This document shows positions 8,838 through 18,579 of a DNA stretch of 64,000 nucleotides, one piece after another. Both the position numbers and the translations under genes were made by a program. Under the pieces are notes generated by a model. It worked only from the letters and a program-made list of their open reading frames with translations, did not search any database and was not told the origin of the DNA. Position 1 is the first letter of the stretch. Every line of letters starts with the position of its first letter. Source of the DNA: Escherichia phage JS10; sequence record EU863409; one strand, 5' to 3'.

Positions 8838-9227
8838 TTAACCACTCTGTGAGAGCTGGATTCTAATTTGCTCTAATGTATCCGGGTCATCAACAATACT
8901 AAACTGGACGGATACTATAATAGAGTTGTCATCATAAACAGGGGTAACGCCTACGGCAAGAGCAGAAATTCTGGGTTCGAAGTTCCGCACGGCGGAAACT
9001 ATATTACGCTTAATGGTATCCGTAATTAATGGGGTAATATTCTCAAATAGTTGATTACTGATATCACAACCAAATTCAGGCATAAAAGGGCGAGAACCCT
9101 TACGAGTGGTAATAATGCCTAACAAACTATTTTTTACTGCACGGGCCCCTGTAGCTTTAGCGACGTCTCTATTCCAAGACGTCCTCATTTCGGGGTCCAA
9201 ATCTGAATACATTTTATCGATATTCAT
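8838..9227 (-). CDS. 25: baseplate wedge subunit gp25
   Basis: 129 aa; ...LLGIITTRKGSRPFMPEFGCD... matches T4 gp25. Confidence 0.85.
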   Translation of the reverse strand: MNIDKMYSDLDPEMRTSWNRDVAKATGARAVKNSLLGIITTRKGSRPFMPEFGCDISNQLFENITPLITDTIKRNIVSAVRNFEPRISALAVGVTPVYDDNSIIVSVQFSIVDDPDTLEQIRIQLSQSG

Positions 9228-9850
9228 TACATCACCTTAAAGAACTCTTTAAGTCCCTCAATAACGTGGACGGTATGCTCACCACATTCACAAGAAATAG
9301 GTATGGCCAAAATAGGCTTAGGGGCGACTAGAGCATCATAAACTTCTTTTACATCTTTTTCTGTTATCACAGAATAAAGGTCGTCTAGTTCCGCATCACT
9401 TAAATCAGAAAGAAGAAGCTTTTCACCTGCAGAAGTTAAAATATAATCGATACATCCTGCAACCATCATAGCCCTATTTTTGTCTTCAAAGAGCTTAGGA
9501 TATCTGAACACTATTTTAAAGTTGCCGAAGTCCTTAATAATATCAGGCTCTTTACCTAATGTAGCGCGGGTTAACGTCATAGGGACAACCTGGGAGCGGC
9601 CACAACTGCAAACCCACTCACGTTCTATATTCACTTCAGCTAGTGAATGGGCCCACAGGTTTATCACCAGGAGCTCAGATTCTTGCTTGTTTAAACCACG
9701 AGCATCTGTGCAATTCAAAATGAGTTCATTGATAAAGGGCTCTATTCTGTCTTCTAATTTAGCTTGGAGCAAGTCCTTATACTCTCTGAGGGTAAATGCT
9801 CTGCATTTTATGGTCTTGTTTTTAATTTTTACGTCAAAAGTATAATTCAT
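9227..9850 (-). CDS. 26: baseplate hub subunit gp26
   Basis: 207 aa; synteny between gp25 and gp51; start overlaps the gp25 stop. Confidence 0.75.
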   Translation of the reverse strand: MNYTFDVKIKNKTIKCRAFTLREYKDLLQAKLEDRIEPFINELILNCTDARGLNKQESELLVINLWAHSLAEVNIEREWVCSCGRSQVVPMTLTRATLGKEPDIIKDFGNFKIVFRYPKLFEDKNRAMMVAGCIDYILTSAGEKLLLSDLSDAELDDLYSVITEKDVKEVYDALVAPKPILAIPISCECGEHTVHVIEGLKEFFKVM

Positions 9851-9868
9851 TGTCTTCTCCTTTAAGCT

Positions 9869-9880
9869 TATTTATAAATA
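9869..9880. promoter_or_regulatory. Back-to-back late promoters inside the palindromic TATTTATAAATA between divergent genes 26 and 51
   Basis: TATAAATA on the + strand (9873-9880) and on the - strand (9869-9876). Confidence 0.45.
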
Positions 9881-9897
9881 CATCAATAAGAGGATAC

Positions 9898-10653
9898 CCT
9901 ATGGCTAATATAGTACGTTGCGAAATGCCTGATGGAGTCCACCGATTTAAACCTTTTACAGTAGCTGATTATCGTGATTTTATTTTGATTCGAAATGATA
10001 TGAATAATAAATCACCTGAAGAGCAAAAACAAATTTTAGATGAGTTACTGGAAGAATACTTTGGTGAGTACCCTGTGTCATGGCGCCCATACATGTTTAT
10101 TGAATTGTATACGTCATCTCTCGGCAAGACCAAAATTCCTATCCGATACACTTGCAGTAAGTGTGAAAAGGATAGACAAGTTTTATTCAATTTGAAGCAG
10201 ACCAAGTTAGTTAACCCTACAATTGAAGTGGCTGGCTTGAAATTGACATTCAAATTCCCTGAAATAGAATATCATGATAAATCTGAATTGATTTTGAATA
10301 CCCTCCAGACAGTAGAAGATGAAAATGGGGTTTATAACTGGTCAGACCTTTCTGAAGAAGACCAGTTAGCCGTAATAGATGCTATAGACTTATCTACTTT
10401 AGAGGATATAGTCAAACAAACAAGCCCTATTCATTTCGAGCTCAAATATGGGTGCTGTAATCGTAGAACAATTACATACACTGACGTTTTAGAAGTGTTT
10501 AAACTTATAGTCAATCCGGATGAGATATTTTTATTTTACCAAATAAACCATTTACTGGTAAAGAACAATTATTCATTAGAAAGCATTATGCAGATGATTC
10601 CAATCGAACGCGGTATTGCTTTGTCTTTGGTTGAAAAGGACCTTAAGAAATGA
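9898..10653 (+). CDS. 51: baseplate hub assembly catalyst gp51
   Basis: Track ORF starts at 9850 with a non-ATG codon; the ATG at 9898 (MANIVRCEM...) has RBS AAGAGG and gives about 251 aa, like T4 gp51. Confidence 0.75.
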   Translation, partial: PMANIVRCEMPDGVHRFKPFTVADYRDFILIRNDMNNKSPEEQKQILDELLEEYFGEYPVSWRPYMFIELYTSSLGKTKIPIRYTCSKCEKDRQVLFNLKQTKLVNPTIEVAGLKLTFKFPEIEYHDKSELILNTLQTVEDENGVYNWSDLSEEDQLAVIDAIDLSTLEDIVKQTSPIHFELKYGCCNRRTITYTDVLEVFKLIVNPDEIFLFYQINHLLVKNNYSLESIMQMIPIERGIALSLVEKDLKK

Positions 10654-11819
10654 GTTCAAAAACTATGCAGCGTGAAGGCTTTCCTAATATTAGTATACGC
10701 CTTTACGAAGATTATGACGCCTGGTTAGAGCATCGTTTTGTTGAACTAGGCGCGACATTTACTACCCTAACAATGCGAGATGGTCTTTATGGTAATAATG
10801 AAGGATTGCTCCAGTTTTATGATGCAAAAAACCTTCATACTAAAATGGATGGTGAACAAATTATCCAAGTTTCTGTTAAGAATGCCAACTCGGAACGTAC
10901 CCAATCAAGAATTTACGGAAGTAAACACTTTGCAGTAGGGGTGGATTCTAAGGGCGACAATATCATAACAATACAACTCGCCCCTATCCACTTTTTAGAA
11001 AATCTTAAATTCGGACGTATGTTCTTCCCTAGTGTTCAAGAAACATTAACCGAAATGATTGGGGTTATTTATCAAGACCGACCACTCCTTGCACCTCCAT
11101 TGAACGGGATAAACGTTTATGTTCCTAATGTTCCGTGGTGTGATTCTATGGACAGATATATGGAATTTGTACGAGAAGTTGGTATGGCCGTTGAATCCGA
11201 TAAATTTGTATTTGTCTGGGAAGATATAGATGGTATTTCTATCATGGACTACGAATTTATGGTTAATCAAGAGCCTATCAATTTTGTGGTTGGTGAGCCT
11301 CGTTTAATAGGCCAATATGTCCAAGATATGGATACTCCTATTGCATTTGATTTTGAGTGGTTAACTAAAGCCAACCAACATACCCGAAAACCGTACGAAA
11401 ATGCTACAGTATATGCCCATTCGTTCCTAGATAAAAACGCCACACGAATTACTTTTGGTGACGGGCAAAACAGTATATTGGTTTCTCGTTCAGGTGGATA
11501 TTCTGATTATACCTACCGAAACGGGTTTGAAGAAGCTGATAGATTGGTTACTATGGCCCAGTATGATGGGTACGCTCATTGCAAGGTATATGGGAACTTT
11601 GAATTAACTCCGGGTGATAAGATTAACTTCTATGACCCTAAAAACCAATTCCAATACGATTTTTATGTAGACGAAGTTATTCATGAAGTGAGTAACAATA
11701 CATCAATTACAAACCTTTATATGTTTACTAATGGTAAGCCTATTAAGATTGAAGAGCCACCGAAGGTTAAAAATGAACTTAAAACTGATACTCCCGATCA
11801 AGAAAATAACGCTGGGTGA
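10650..11819 (+). CDS. 27: baseplate hub subunit gp27
   Basis: 389 aa; synteny and size match T4 gp27. Confidence 0.85.
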   Translation: MSSKTMQREGFPNISIRLYEDYDAWLEHRFVELGATFTTLTMRDGLYGNNEGLLQFYDAKNLHTKMDGEQIIQVSVKNANSERTQSRIYGSKHFAVGVDSKGDNIITIQLAPIHFLENLKFGRMFFPSVQETLTEMIGVIYQDRPLLAPPLNGINVYVPNVPWCDSMDRYMEFVREVGMAVESDKFVFVWEDIDGISIMDYEFMVNQEPINFVVGEPRLIGQYVQDMDTPIAFDFEWLTKANQHTRKPYENATVYAHSFLDKNATRITFGDGQNSILVSRSGGYSDYTYRNGFEEADRLVTMAQYDGYAHCKVYGNFELTPGDKINFYDPKNQFQYDFYVDEVIHEVSNNTSITNLYMFTNGKPIKIEEPPKVKNELKTDTPDQENNAG

Positions 11820-12294
11820 TAAAGAGATTTCCATTCCTAAATTGGGTCTTAAACACCAAAAATTGGTTAAAGATGAAAAAGACCCTTATAAAGCTCTTCA
11901 TATATTAATGAGTTCCATTTATAAGGGTTTAACTGCAGCCGAAACCGATTTCGCTGCTCTTCATCTTTTAGAATTCAACGGACGGCTAAAAGAAAAGGTA
12001 ACTAAGGATGGGTTTACGTATAACCTAAATGACCTTTATATCTGCCAACGTCTTGAATTCCAATTCCAAGGTAAAACATTTAAATTTAAATCACATGAAC
12101 CGTTCCAAACATTTGGTCCTGTTGATAGTGTATTACAATCTCTTTACCTTGGGGACGATGTACCAGATTTTCTGGATATGCCTGCCTTTGTTGCTACATG
12201 GGCCGACGATATAACTTCTACTGTAGCTATCCCTGGTCCTAATGGTCCTATTAAAGGATTGCTTAAAATCATGGATATCTTAAATGAAGAATGA
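11773..12294 (+). CDS. 28: baseplate hub distal subunit gp28
   Basis: Start taken at internal Met [11 protein letters not shown] (track ORF begins at 11731); overlaps the gp27 end. Confidence 0.7.
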   Translation: MNLKLILPIKKITLGDKEISIPKLGLKHQKLVKDEKDPYKALHILMSSIYKGLTAAETDFAALHLLEFNGRLKEKVTKDGFTYNLNDLYICQRLEFQFQGKTFKFKSHEPFQTFGPVDSVLQSLYLGDDVPDFLDMPAFVATWADDITSTVAIPGPNGPIKGLLKIMDILNEE

Positions 12295-14020
12295 ATCTAA
12301 TCAGAATAGTTTTCGTCGCAATAAACTGATTGAAGAAATGGCTCCTCAGCGTCGTGCTGAGGCGCTAGCCCAAACCCAGAACGACGAATTAGGAAATATA
12401 ACAGAAGCTTTATCAGAAACCCAGGCGGCGTCTGAATTGCTCTCTGAAGTTGTTGAAACAAAGTCTAATCAGATTATTAATTCTATAGACCGAGTAGATA
12501 AAAGTGTTCAGGATGTTGTCGCCGGAACAGAATTAACGGCTGAAGCTATATCAGAGCAAACCCAACAATCTAAAGCTCTTTCGGATGCATTAAACGAAAA
12601 GATTAATAAGCTTTCTAATATGTTGGAGGCTAAATTCTCTGGTATTTCTATTCCGCCGGAAGGGAGCTCATTAAAGGTTATTGAAGACTCTATTCCAGAA
12701 GAACCTAAGGCCGAAACTCCTAAAGTCCCGGCAGTTATTGAAGATATTCTTCCGCCTGAAGATAATAAACCTGATGCTGAATTTGTACCAGAGCCTCCTA
12801 AAAATTCGGATGAAGGTAAAGAAGGTGATAAGTCTTCTCTTTCCGATAAAATCGAAGCCCTTACAAAAATAACCGAAAAAGGATTTAAAGCTTCTATAGG
12901 CGTCGCTGATAGAATTTCAGGTATGCTTTTTAAGTATACTATTACTGCTGCTGCAGAAGCCGCTAAACTGGCAGCAGGCCTGGCCCTTTTAATATTTGGT
13001 ATAGATGCTATTCGCGTATACTTCCAATATTTCATGGACCAATTTAATGAAGGATGGAAAAAATTTAACGATAAGTTTAAAGAGTGGGGTCCGTTACTTG
13101 AAGGATTAATGACATGGGCCAAGAATGCTGAAGCTATGTTTAGCGAAAGAAATTGGCTAGGTCTGGCTGAAGCTATTATTCGCGGTATGGTTAATCTTAC
13201 CAAAAATATGGCACAACTGCTAATGCTCGGTATTTCTAAATTGATTTCTGCTATTTTAAGTAAAATACCGGGTATGGGTGATTTGGCTGAAAACGTAGAG
13301 GCATCCGCTTTAATGTCGTATCAACAAAATACCGGAGCCACTTTAGATGACGAAGACCAAACTAAAGTAGCCAAGTACCATGATAGACGTTCAGCTGAGG
13401 CTTTAGAAACAGCCGAGAAAATGAATAAGAAGTATAAGGGTAAACCTGAGCTTATAAACCAGGCAGAGAAATACGGTAACCTTACTAAAGAACAAGCCGA
13501 CCAATTACGCGCTGGTGGAATTGACACAAGCTTCCGTAACCTCCCTGAAGAAGAACGTTTAGAGTATTTTAAGAAACGTGATAAAGCACAGGCTGATATT
13601 ATTCGTTTAACTCAAACCGCCGATAATATAATGAAGCCTGATTCTAAAGATATCGAAAATGCCAAGGCATTTAAAGCGGATATCGAGAAACAATTGGCTG
13701 ACCCTATTATGGCTAAAGGTGGAGCACCTAAAGACCTTAATATCCAGCAATTACTTGATAAGATGAATAAATCTTTAGAGAAATTTAATGAAGCTGAAAA
13801 GCCTAAACCTGCTTCTGTAGCGGAATCTCCTGAAAATACCCAGGTTAAAAAGGTTGACGAGCAAATGAGAGCAAAGGAAAATGCTAAATATAGTCAGCAA
13901 GCTCCAACTCAAATAAATCAGCAAACGAATATCAAGAAAACGAGTAAGACTAGTTATAATTTACCACCACAGTCTTCCACTCCTGCTCCTGGTATGCGTC
14001 AAGCTACTAAAGTTAATTAG
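12284..14020 (+). CDS. 29: baseplate hub subunit / tail length determinator gp29
   Basis: 578 aa, extended charged helical protein; synteny. Confidence 0.85.
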   Translation: MKNESNQNSFRRNKLIEEMAPQRRAEALAQTQNDELGNITEALSETQAASELLSEVVETKSNQIINSIDRVDKSVQDVVAGTELTAEAISEQTQQSKALSDALNEKINKLSNMLEAKFSGISIPPEGSSLKVIEDSIPEEPKAETPKVPAVIEDILPPEDNKPDAEFVPEPPKNSDEGKEGDKSSLSDKIEALTKITEKGFKASIGVADRISGMLFKYTITAAAEAAKLAAGLALLIFGIDAIRVYFQYFMDQFNEGWKKFNDKFKEWGPLLEGLMTWAKNAEAMFSERNWLGLAEAIIRGMVNLTKNMAQLLMLGISKLISAILSKIPGMGDLAENVEASALMSYQQNTGATLDDEDQTKVAKYHDRRSAEALETAEKMNKKYKGKPELINQAEKYGNLTKEQADQLRAGGIDTSFRNLPEEERLEYFKKRDKAQADIIRLTQTADNIMKPDSKDIENAKAFKADIEKQLADPIMAKGGAPKDLNIQQLLDKMNKSLEKFNEAEKPKPASVAESPENTQVKKVDEQMRAKENAKYSQQAPTQINQQTNIKKTSKTSYNLPPQSSTPAPGMRQATKVN

Positions 14021-14022
14021 GA

Positions 14023-15117
14023 TTGATAATGAAAGTAAAAGAAATTGACATTGACGTAGCCTCCTTATTTAAAGGAGGTTCAAAAACCTCCGCGGGCCAA
14101 TCTAAAGCTAAACCAGCCCAAACTACGGTAACTGCCCAGTATCCAGCCGAAAGGGCCTCTGGCAATGATACCTCTACAGATATGGTGTTAAACGATTTAT
14201 ATAAAAATGGATTACTTTTTACGGCATATAATTTTAGCTCTCGCGTATCACCTGATTTACGTAACGACCGCTCAAGCCAAATGACCAAAAAGTTTTCAAA
14301 AGCTGCAGGTAAACTTACCAGTAATACTGGAGGGTTCAGTGCTGTTAAAAACCTGTTTAGTAACAACTCTAAAGGAGTTAAATTTGATAGCCAGGCTTTA
14401 GCCAATATTTTGCTCCCTCGTTCTAAATCTGATGTTGATTCGGTTACGCATAAATTTAATGATGTAGGCGAATCATTAATTACTAAAGGTGGTGGTACTG
14501 CTACGGGTATTTTGAGTAACGTTGCCAGTACTGCTGTATTTGGTGCATTGGAATCTGTAACTAACGGTGTAATGGCCGATTCCGGTGAGCAAATATACAC
14601 AACCGCACGTAGTATGTATGCAGGACCAGATAACCGTACTAAGGTATTCACTTGGGAAATGACCCCTAGAAACGCCCAAGACCTTATTCAGATTATTAAA
14701 ATATACGAAATCTTTAATTATTATTCTTATGGTGAAACAGGCAACTCTGCCTTCGCCGGTGAATTAAAAGAGAAGATTGATACTTGGTACCGTTCCACAT
14801 TTAAAAAAGAAGCTATTGATAACTTTGACGGCAAGCTATTAGGAGAAGGTATCACAAGTTTCCTTTCTAATGTTATTGTGGTAAGTAACCCAACTATTTG
14901 GTATATTCGAAACTTTGGTAATACAAGTTCATATGACGGACGTGAAGATATTTTCGGACCGTGCCAAATCCAAAGTATACGATTTGATAAAACTCCCGAC
15001 GGACATTTTAATGGTTTGGCTATTGCTCCTAACTTACCATCCACGTTTAGTTTAGAAGTTACTTTCCGTGAAATCATTACTTTGAACCGTGGCTCACTTT
15101 ATACGGAAGGATTCTAA
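14023..15117 (+). CDS. 48: baseplate tail tube cap gp48
   Basis: 364 aa; synteny and size match T4 gp48. Confidence 0.85.
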   Translation: MIMKVKEIDIDVASLFKGGSKTSAGQSKAKPAQTTVTAQYPAERASGNDTSTDMVLNDLYKNGLLFTAYNFSSRVSPDLRNDRSSQMTKKFSKAAGKLTSNTGGFSAVKNLFSNNSKGVKFDSQALANILLPRSKSDVDSVTHKFNDVGESLITKGGGTATGILSNVASTAVFGALESVTNGVMADSGEQIYTTARSMYAGPDNRTKVFTWEMTPRNAQDLIQIIKIYEIFNYYSYGETGNSAFAGELKEKIDTWYRSTFKKEAIDNFDGKLLGEGITSFLSNVIVVSNPTIWYIRNFGNTSSYDGREDIFGPCQIQSIRFDKTPDGHFNGLAIAPNLPSTFSLEVTFREIITLNRGSLYTEGF

Positions 15118-16070
15118 TGTATACTTTACAAGAATTTCAAAACCAGGCAATTAATATTGACCTACAAAGGAATAACCTGTTTAGTGTAGTATTTGCTACA
15201 GTTCCTTCTTCTAAATCCCAAGCGCTCCTCGACCAGTTCGGTGGAGCTTTATTTAACAATATCCCGTTGAATACCGATTTGTTTGGAATTACCCAAGGAG
15301 ATTTAACCCAAGGTGTTACGACATTAGTGACAGCGGGCACTCAGAAGTTGATTCGTAAGTCCGGCATAAGTAAATATCTGATTGGAGCTATGTCATCCAG
15401 GGTTGTGCAGAGCTTACTAGGTGAGTTTGAAGTAGGTACATATCTGATGGATTTTTTCAATATGGCTTATCCTACGGCAGGTCTTTTAGTCCATGCCGTT
15501 AAAATTCCGGATAATACTTTGAACTATGAAATGGATTTGAACCACAACTCGCCTAATATCAAAATTACCGGAAGAGAATATTCCCCATTGGTATTAAGCT
15601 TCCGTATGGATTCTGAAGCTGCTAACTACCGTGCTTTTAATGATTGGGTCAATAGTGTCCAAGACCCTATTACACAATTAAGAGCATTGCCTGAAGATGT
15701 TGAAGCTGACATCCAAGTCAACCTTCATTCTCGTAATGGATTGCCACATACGGTGGTAATGCTTAATGGATGTGTTCCTGTTAGTGTTTCATCGCCGGAA
15801 TTATCCTATGATGGTGATAACCAAATTGCTTCGTTTGATGTTACATTTGCTTATAGAAGTGTGCAGACGGGTGCAGTTGGTAAACAAGCTGCTTATGAAT
15901 GGCTGGAAGATAAAGTCCTTAAAGGCGTAGCAGGTATAAGTGAGAGTAACTCATTAAGTGCTTCTGTAGCTAAATTAAGCCGACTTTCAGGAGCTTCTAG
16001 TGGATTGACCGGATTGGTTAATACATTTGGTGGGCGTGCTATTAATAATGGAATATCCAGGTTGTTATAA
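15117..16070 (+). CDS. 54: baseplate tail tube initiator gp54
   Basis: 317 aa; synteny and size. Confidence 0.85.
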   Translation: MYTLQEFQNQAINIDLQRNNLFSVVFATVPSSKSQALLDQFGGALFNNIPLNTDLFGITQGDLTQGVTTLVTAGTQKLIRKSGISKYLIGAMSSRVVQSLLGEFEVGTYLMDFFNMAYPTAGLLVHAVKIPDNTLNYEMDLNHNSPNIKITGREYSPLVLSFRMDSEAANYRAFNDWVNSVQDPITQLRALPEDVEADIQVNLHSRNGLPHTVVMLNGCVPVSVSSPELSYDGDNQIASFDVTFAYRSVQTGAVGKQAAYEWLEDKVLKGVAGISESNSLSASVAKLSRLSGASSGLTGLVNTFGGRAINNGISRLL

Positions 16071-16105
16071 CAAAAAAGGAGAGCTTACGCTCTCCTTTAG
16101 GGGTT
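16070..16105. terminator. Bidirectional terminator between gp54 and the leftward early genes
   Basis: Hairpin aggagagc-ttac-gctctcct with an A-run upstream and T-rich run downstream. Confidence 0.6.
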
Positions 16106-16395
16106 TATTTACGGAACGAAATGAAACCTGCTGCGGTCATTAATGGCTGCTTTTTAACAAAGACCGTGATAGAAATAGGAGCTTCAGATTCAAGCTGACC
16201 GGTTACTACACCATTAAAGATATTTTCAGTTTGTTCAGGTTGTGAAAAATTTTCAACCGGGCGTAAGTCGAACTGTTTGTCTTCGCCGAAAACTCGGCGT
16301 AATTCATTACCGACTGCACTGTCGAACTCTTCAGAAGCAGGGATAACGTTTTCAACTACCAGTTCTTGACCGTTAAAGCGGAATGTAGATTTCAT
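16105..16395 (-). CDS. hypothetical protein downstream of alt
   Basis: 96 aa ORF with ATG start and a GAGGA-like RBS. Confidence 0.5.
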   Translation of the reverse strand: MKSTFRFNGQELVVENVIPASEEFDSAVGNELRRVFGEDKQFDLRPVENFSQPEQTENIFNGVVTGQLESEAPISITVFVKKQPLMTAAGFISFRK

Positions 16396-16452
16396 AATGT
16401 TCTCCTCATGTTTGTGTAAGGTAATAGTACCACATCCTTGTGGTGTTGTAAA

Positions 16453-18576
16453 CTACATTTTGAATTTATTTGGTAAAGAAGAGATGTCCAAAGATGCAGC
16501 AAGGATTTCCATAGCCTCATTACTTTCTGAAACAGATTCTGAAACTAGGAATTCTTTAAACCCATTCATCAATTTAACTTCACCGGTTTCCATCAGATGG
16601 TCGCCATCGTAAACGGACTCACTGAGTTCTGAAGGAGATGTCACTGTAGCTTCCATAAGGTATTTGTGAGATACTCTATCATTCATAGCAAAAGCCGCTA
16701 CTTTATCAACCTTCAACAATAATCCGCGCGGAAGGATAATTTCTGCTTCTTCAGAATATTCCGTAAGGTCACCAGGAGCGATAACTTTAACTGCTTCAGC
16801 ACCTCGAATAACCATACCGATTTCAGCAATCCTGTCTGCAGGGCCTTCAGGTGCAATTGGATTACCGAACTCATCTTCTTCCCATTCTACCTCTTCATCA
16901 TCAACTTCACCTACGTCAGATGAACTACCACTAGCCAATTTAAACAACTCATCGGCGGAGGATAAAGAACCTTCATCACCAACAAAAACTGCTTGGTTGT
17001 CGAGGGCCATATAATTTTTACCAAATTCGCCAAAGATGTTAGGCTTTAATGAAGCGGACACAAAGTTCTTAAAGTAAAATGTTTTGTTATCAATATTATG
17101 GCGTAGAATTTTGTATGGTAAATCCTGGCCACGATACAAAATAGTACCCTTAGGAAGTTTAATACCCTTAGTAAATGCTGAGTCTAAATCCTTAATCAAT
17201 TTAATAGCTGTTGTATTGTTTTCGGATTCAGGTTTACCTAAAAGGAATAAGTTCATAGGAGCATATTCAGCTGCACAATATTCGATAATGGCATTACTTT
17301 CGTCTTTTGTCAAGCCCTTAGGTTTAATGAGCTCGCCTGAATAAGCATACGCATCGCCAATAGAATCGTTAATTAGTTTATAAACGGCTTCCATAGCGAA
17401 AGCAATTCGGGATGCTTTCTCTGAAGGAGACCCCTGAAAACGGGCACTCAGGTTATTAACAATTCTCTTAATAATATCCAGACTATTGGTAGTATTGATT
17501 TGAGAAAGGCCGCTTAAAAGTCTATCGACTTCCGTATTAAAAAACGCCATATTATTAGAGTAAATTTCAAACCCTTGTTTATCTCTATTAGCATAATTTA
17601 GTTTAAATTTACTATCAGTCATTAAAGCGTGCGTGAGAGCAATGGTGTATCTAAAGTTGGCAAGGTCCTCACTCTTAGATTTAAACTGAGAGGCCTGTCG
17701 CATTTTAGTAATAGCACCTTTTTTAAAGTTCTGGCTAATCTGCTCAATACCTTCGTTCTCAGGGCCTTCGGCCGAGTGAACAGGTACAGAAACTTCAAAC
17801 TCGTTATAAACCTGCAATTCTTTAGGTGATAAAGTTTCAGGTTCGGCAGTAGAATACTGCGCTGCTGCAGCCATACGACGGGAAATTTTAGTACGAGAGA
17901 TAACGGCCTTATCGGTACGTTTCTCTTCAACCTGTGCAATAGATGCCGCTACGGCTTCGACCTTACTTACGGCCTGTCCGGTTTTCTTAGAAACATAAAC
18001 TTCACCGACTTTAGACTCAACCTTGGTATAAAGGTCCGCATCAATTTCAGGCATACCCTTGATATCTTCAATATTAGTGCCACGACGTGCTAAAAGAACG
18101 TATGTATGTTTACCACTAAACTGGAACATATCATCAACAACTTTAAACTTACCACCAGTACGAGCCATAGCCAAACGAGCTAATACACGCTGAACAGTAG
18201 GACCCTTACCTTTCATTTTCTTGGTAGGGAAACGGAACAAAACTGCATCCATTTTAAGTTTACTTACTTGTTCGTATATCGTATCGAAAATAGTATTCAA
18301 TGCACCAAGAGGGTCAGAACCAAGGCCACCTTTGAGTTCAGCTGGAGCACCCTTGCTCGACAAACTCATTAAAATAACATGAACGTATTTGTCGCCAGGC
18401 TTAACCATTTTAATAGCGTCTCCTTGAGACGCATAAGATACCATACGAGCAACAAGATTATCATTACCCGGTGCTTTAATAGAGAAAATCTGTGGGATAC
18501 CGGAGCCCGGCTTAAGATTTGTTACTGGATAGTTTTTAGCGGAATCACTATCAAAAACTTCGTTTAAATTTTCCAT
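16453..18576 (-). CDS. alt: Alt-type ADP-ribosyltransferase (packaged head protein), paralog 1
   Basis: 707 aa; C-terminal domain has the R (YRGQ), S-x-S (FVSASL) and E-x-E (EAEIILPRG) ADP-ribosyltransferase motifs; position between 54 and 30 as T4 alt. Confidence 0.85.
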   Translation of the reverse strand: MENLNEVFDSDSAKNYPVTNLKPGSGIPQIFSIKAPGNDNLVARMVSYASQGDAIKMVKPGDKYVHVILMSLSSKGAPAELKGGLGSDPLGALNTIFDTIYEQVSKLKMDAVLFRFPTKKMKGKGPTVQRVLARLAMARTGGKFKVVDDMFQFSGKHTYVLLARRGTNIEDIKGMPEIDADLYTKVESKVGEVYVSKKTGQAVSKVEAVAASIAQVEEKRTDKAVISRTKISRRMAAAAQYSTAEPETLSPKELQVYNEFEVSVPVHSAEGPENEGIEQISQNFKKGAITKMRQASQFKSKSEDLANFRYTIALTHALMTDSKFKLNYANRDKQGFEIYSNNMAFFNTEVDRLLSGLSQINTTNSLDIIKRIVNNLSARFQGSPSEKASRIAFAMEAVYKLINDSIGDAYAYSGELIKPKGLTKDESNAIIEYCAAEYAPMNLFLLGKPESENNTTAIKLIKDLDSAFTKGIKLPKGTILYRGQDLPYKILRHNIDNKTFYFKNFVSASLKPNIFGEFGKNYMALDNQAVFVGDEGSLSSADELFKLASGSSSDVGEVDDEEVEWEEDEFGNPIAPEGPADRIAEIGMVIRGAEAVKVIAPGDLTEYSEEAEIILPRGLLLKVDKVAAFAMNDRVSHKYLMEATVTSPSELSESVYDGDHLMETGEVKLMNGFKEFLVSESVSESNEAMEILAASLDISSLPNKFKM

Positions 18577-18579
18577 TAT

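Noticed and set aside
9850-9897. N-terminal extensions in the ORF track for gp51, gp28 (11731), gp38 (53355) and the denB-position gene (62607)
   Set aside because: These begin at TTG/GTG or lack an RBS; downstream ATG codons with Shine-Dalgarno sequences give protein sizes matching the T4 homologs.
12508-14651. Long - strand ORFs (12508-13203, 14013-14651) within the baseplate operon
   Set aside because: Antisense to gp29 and gp48, which are strongly supported by synteny and size.
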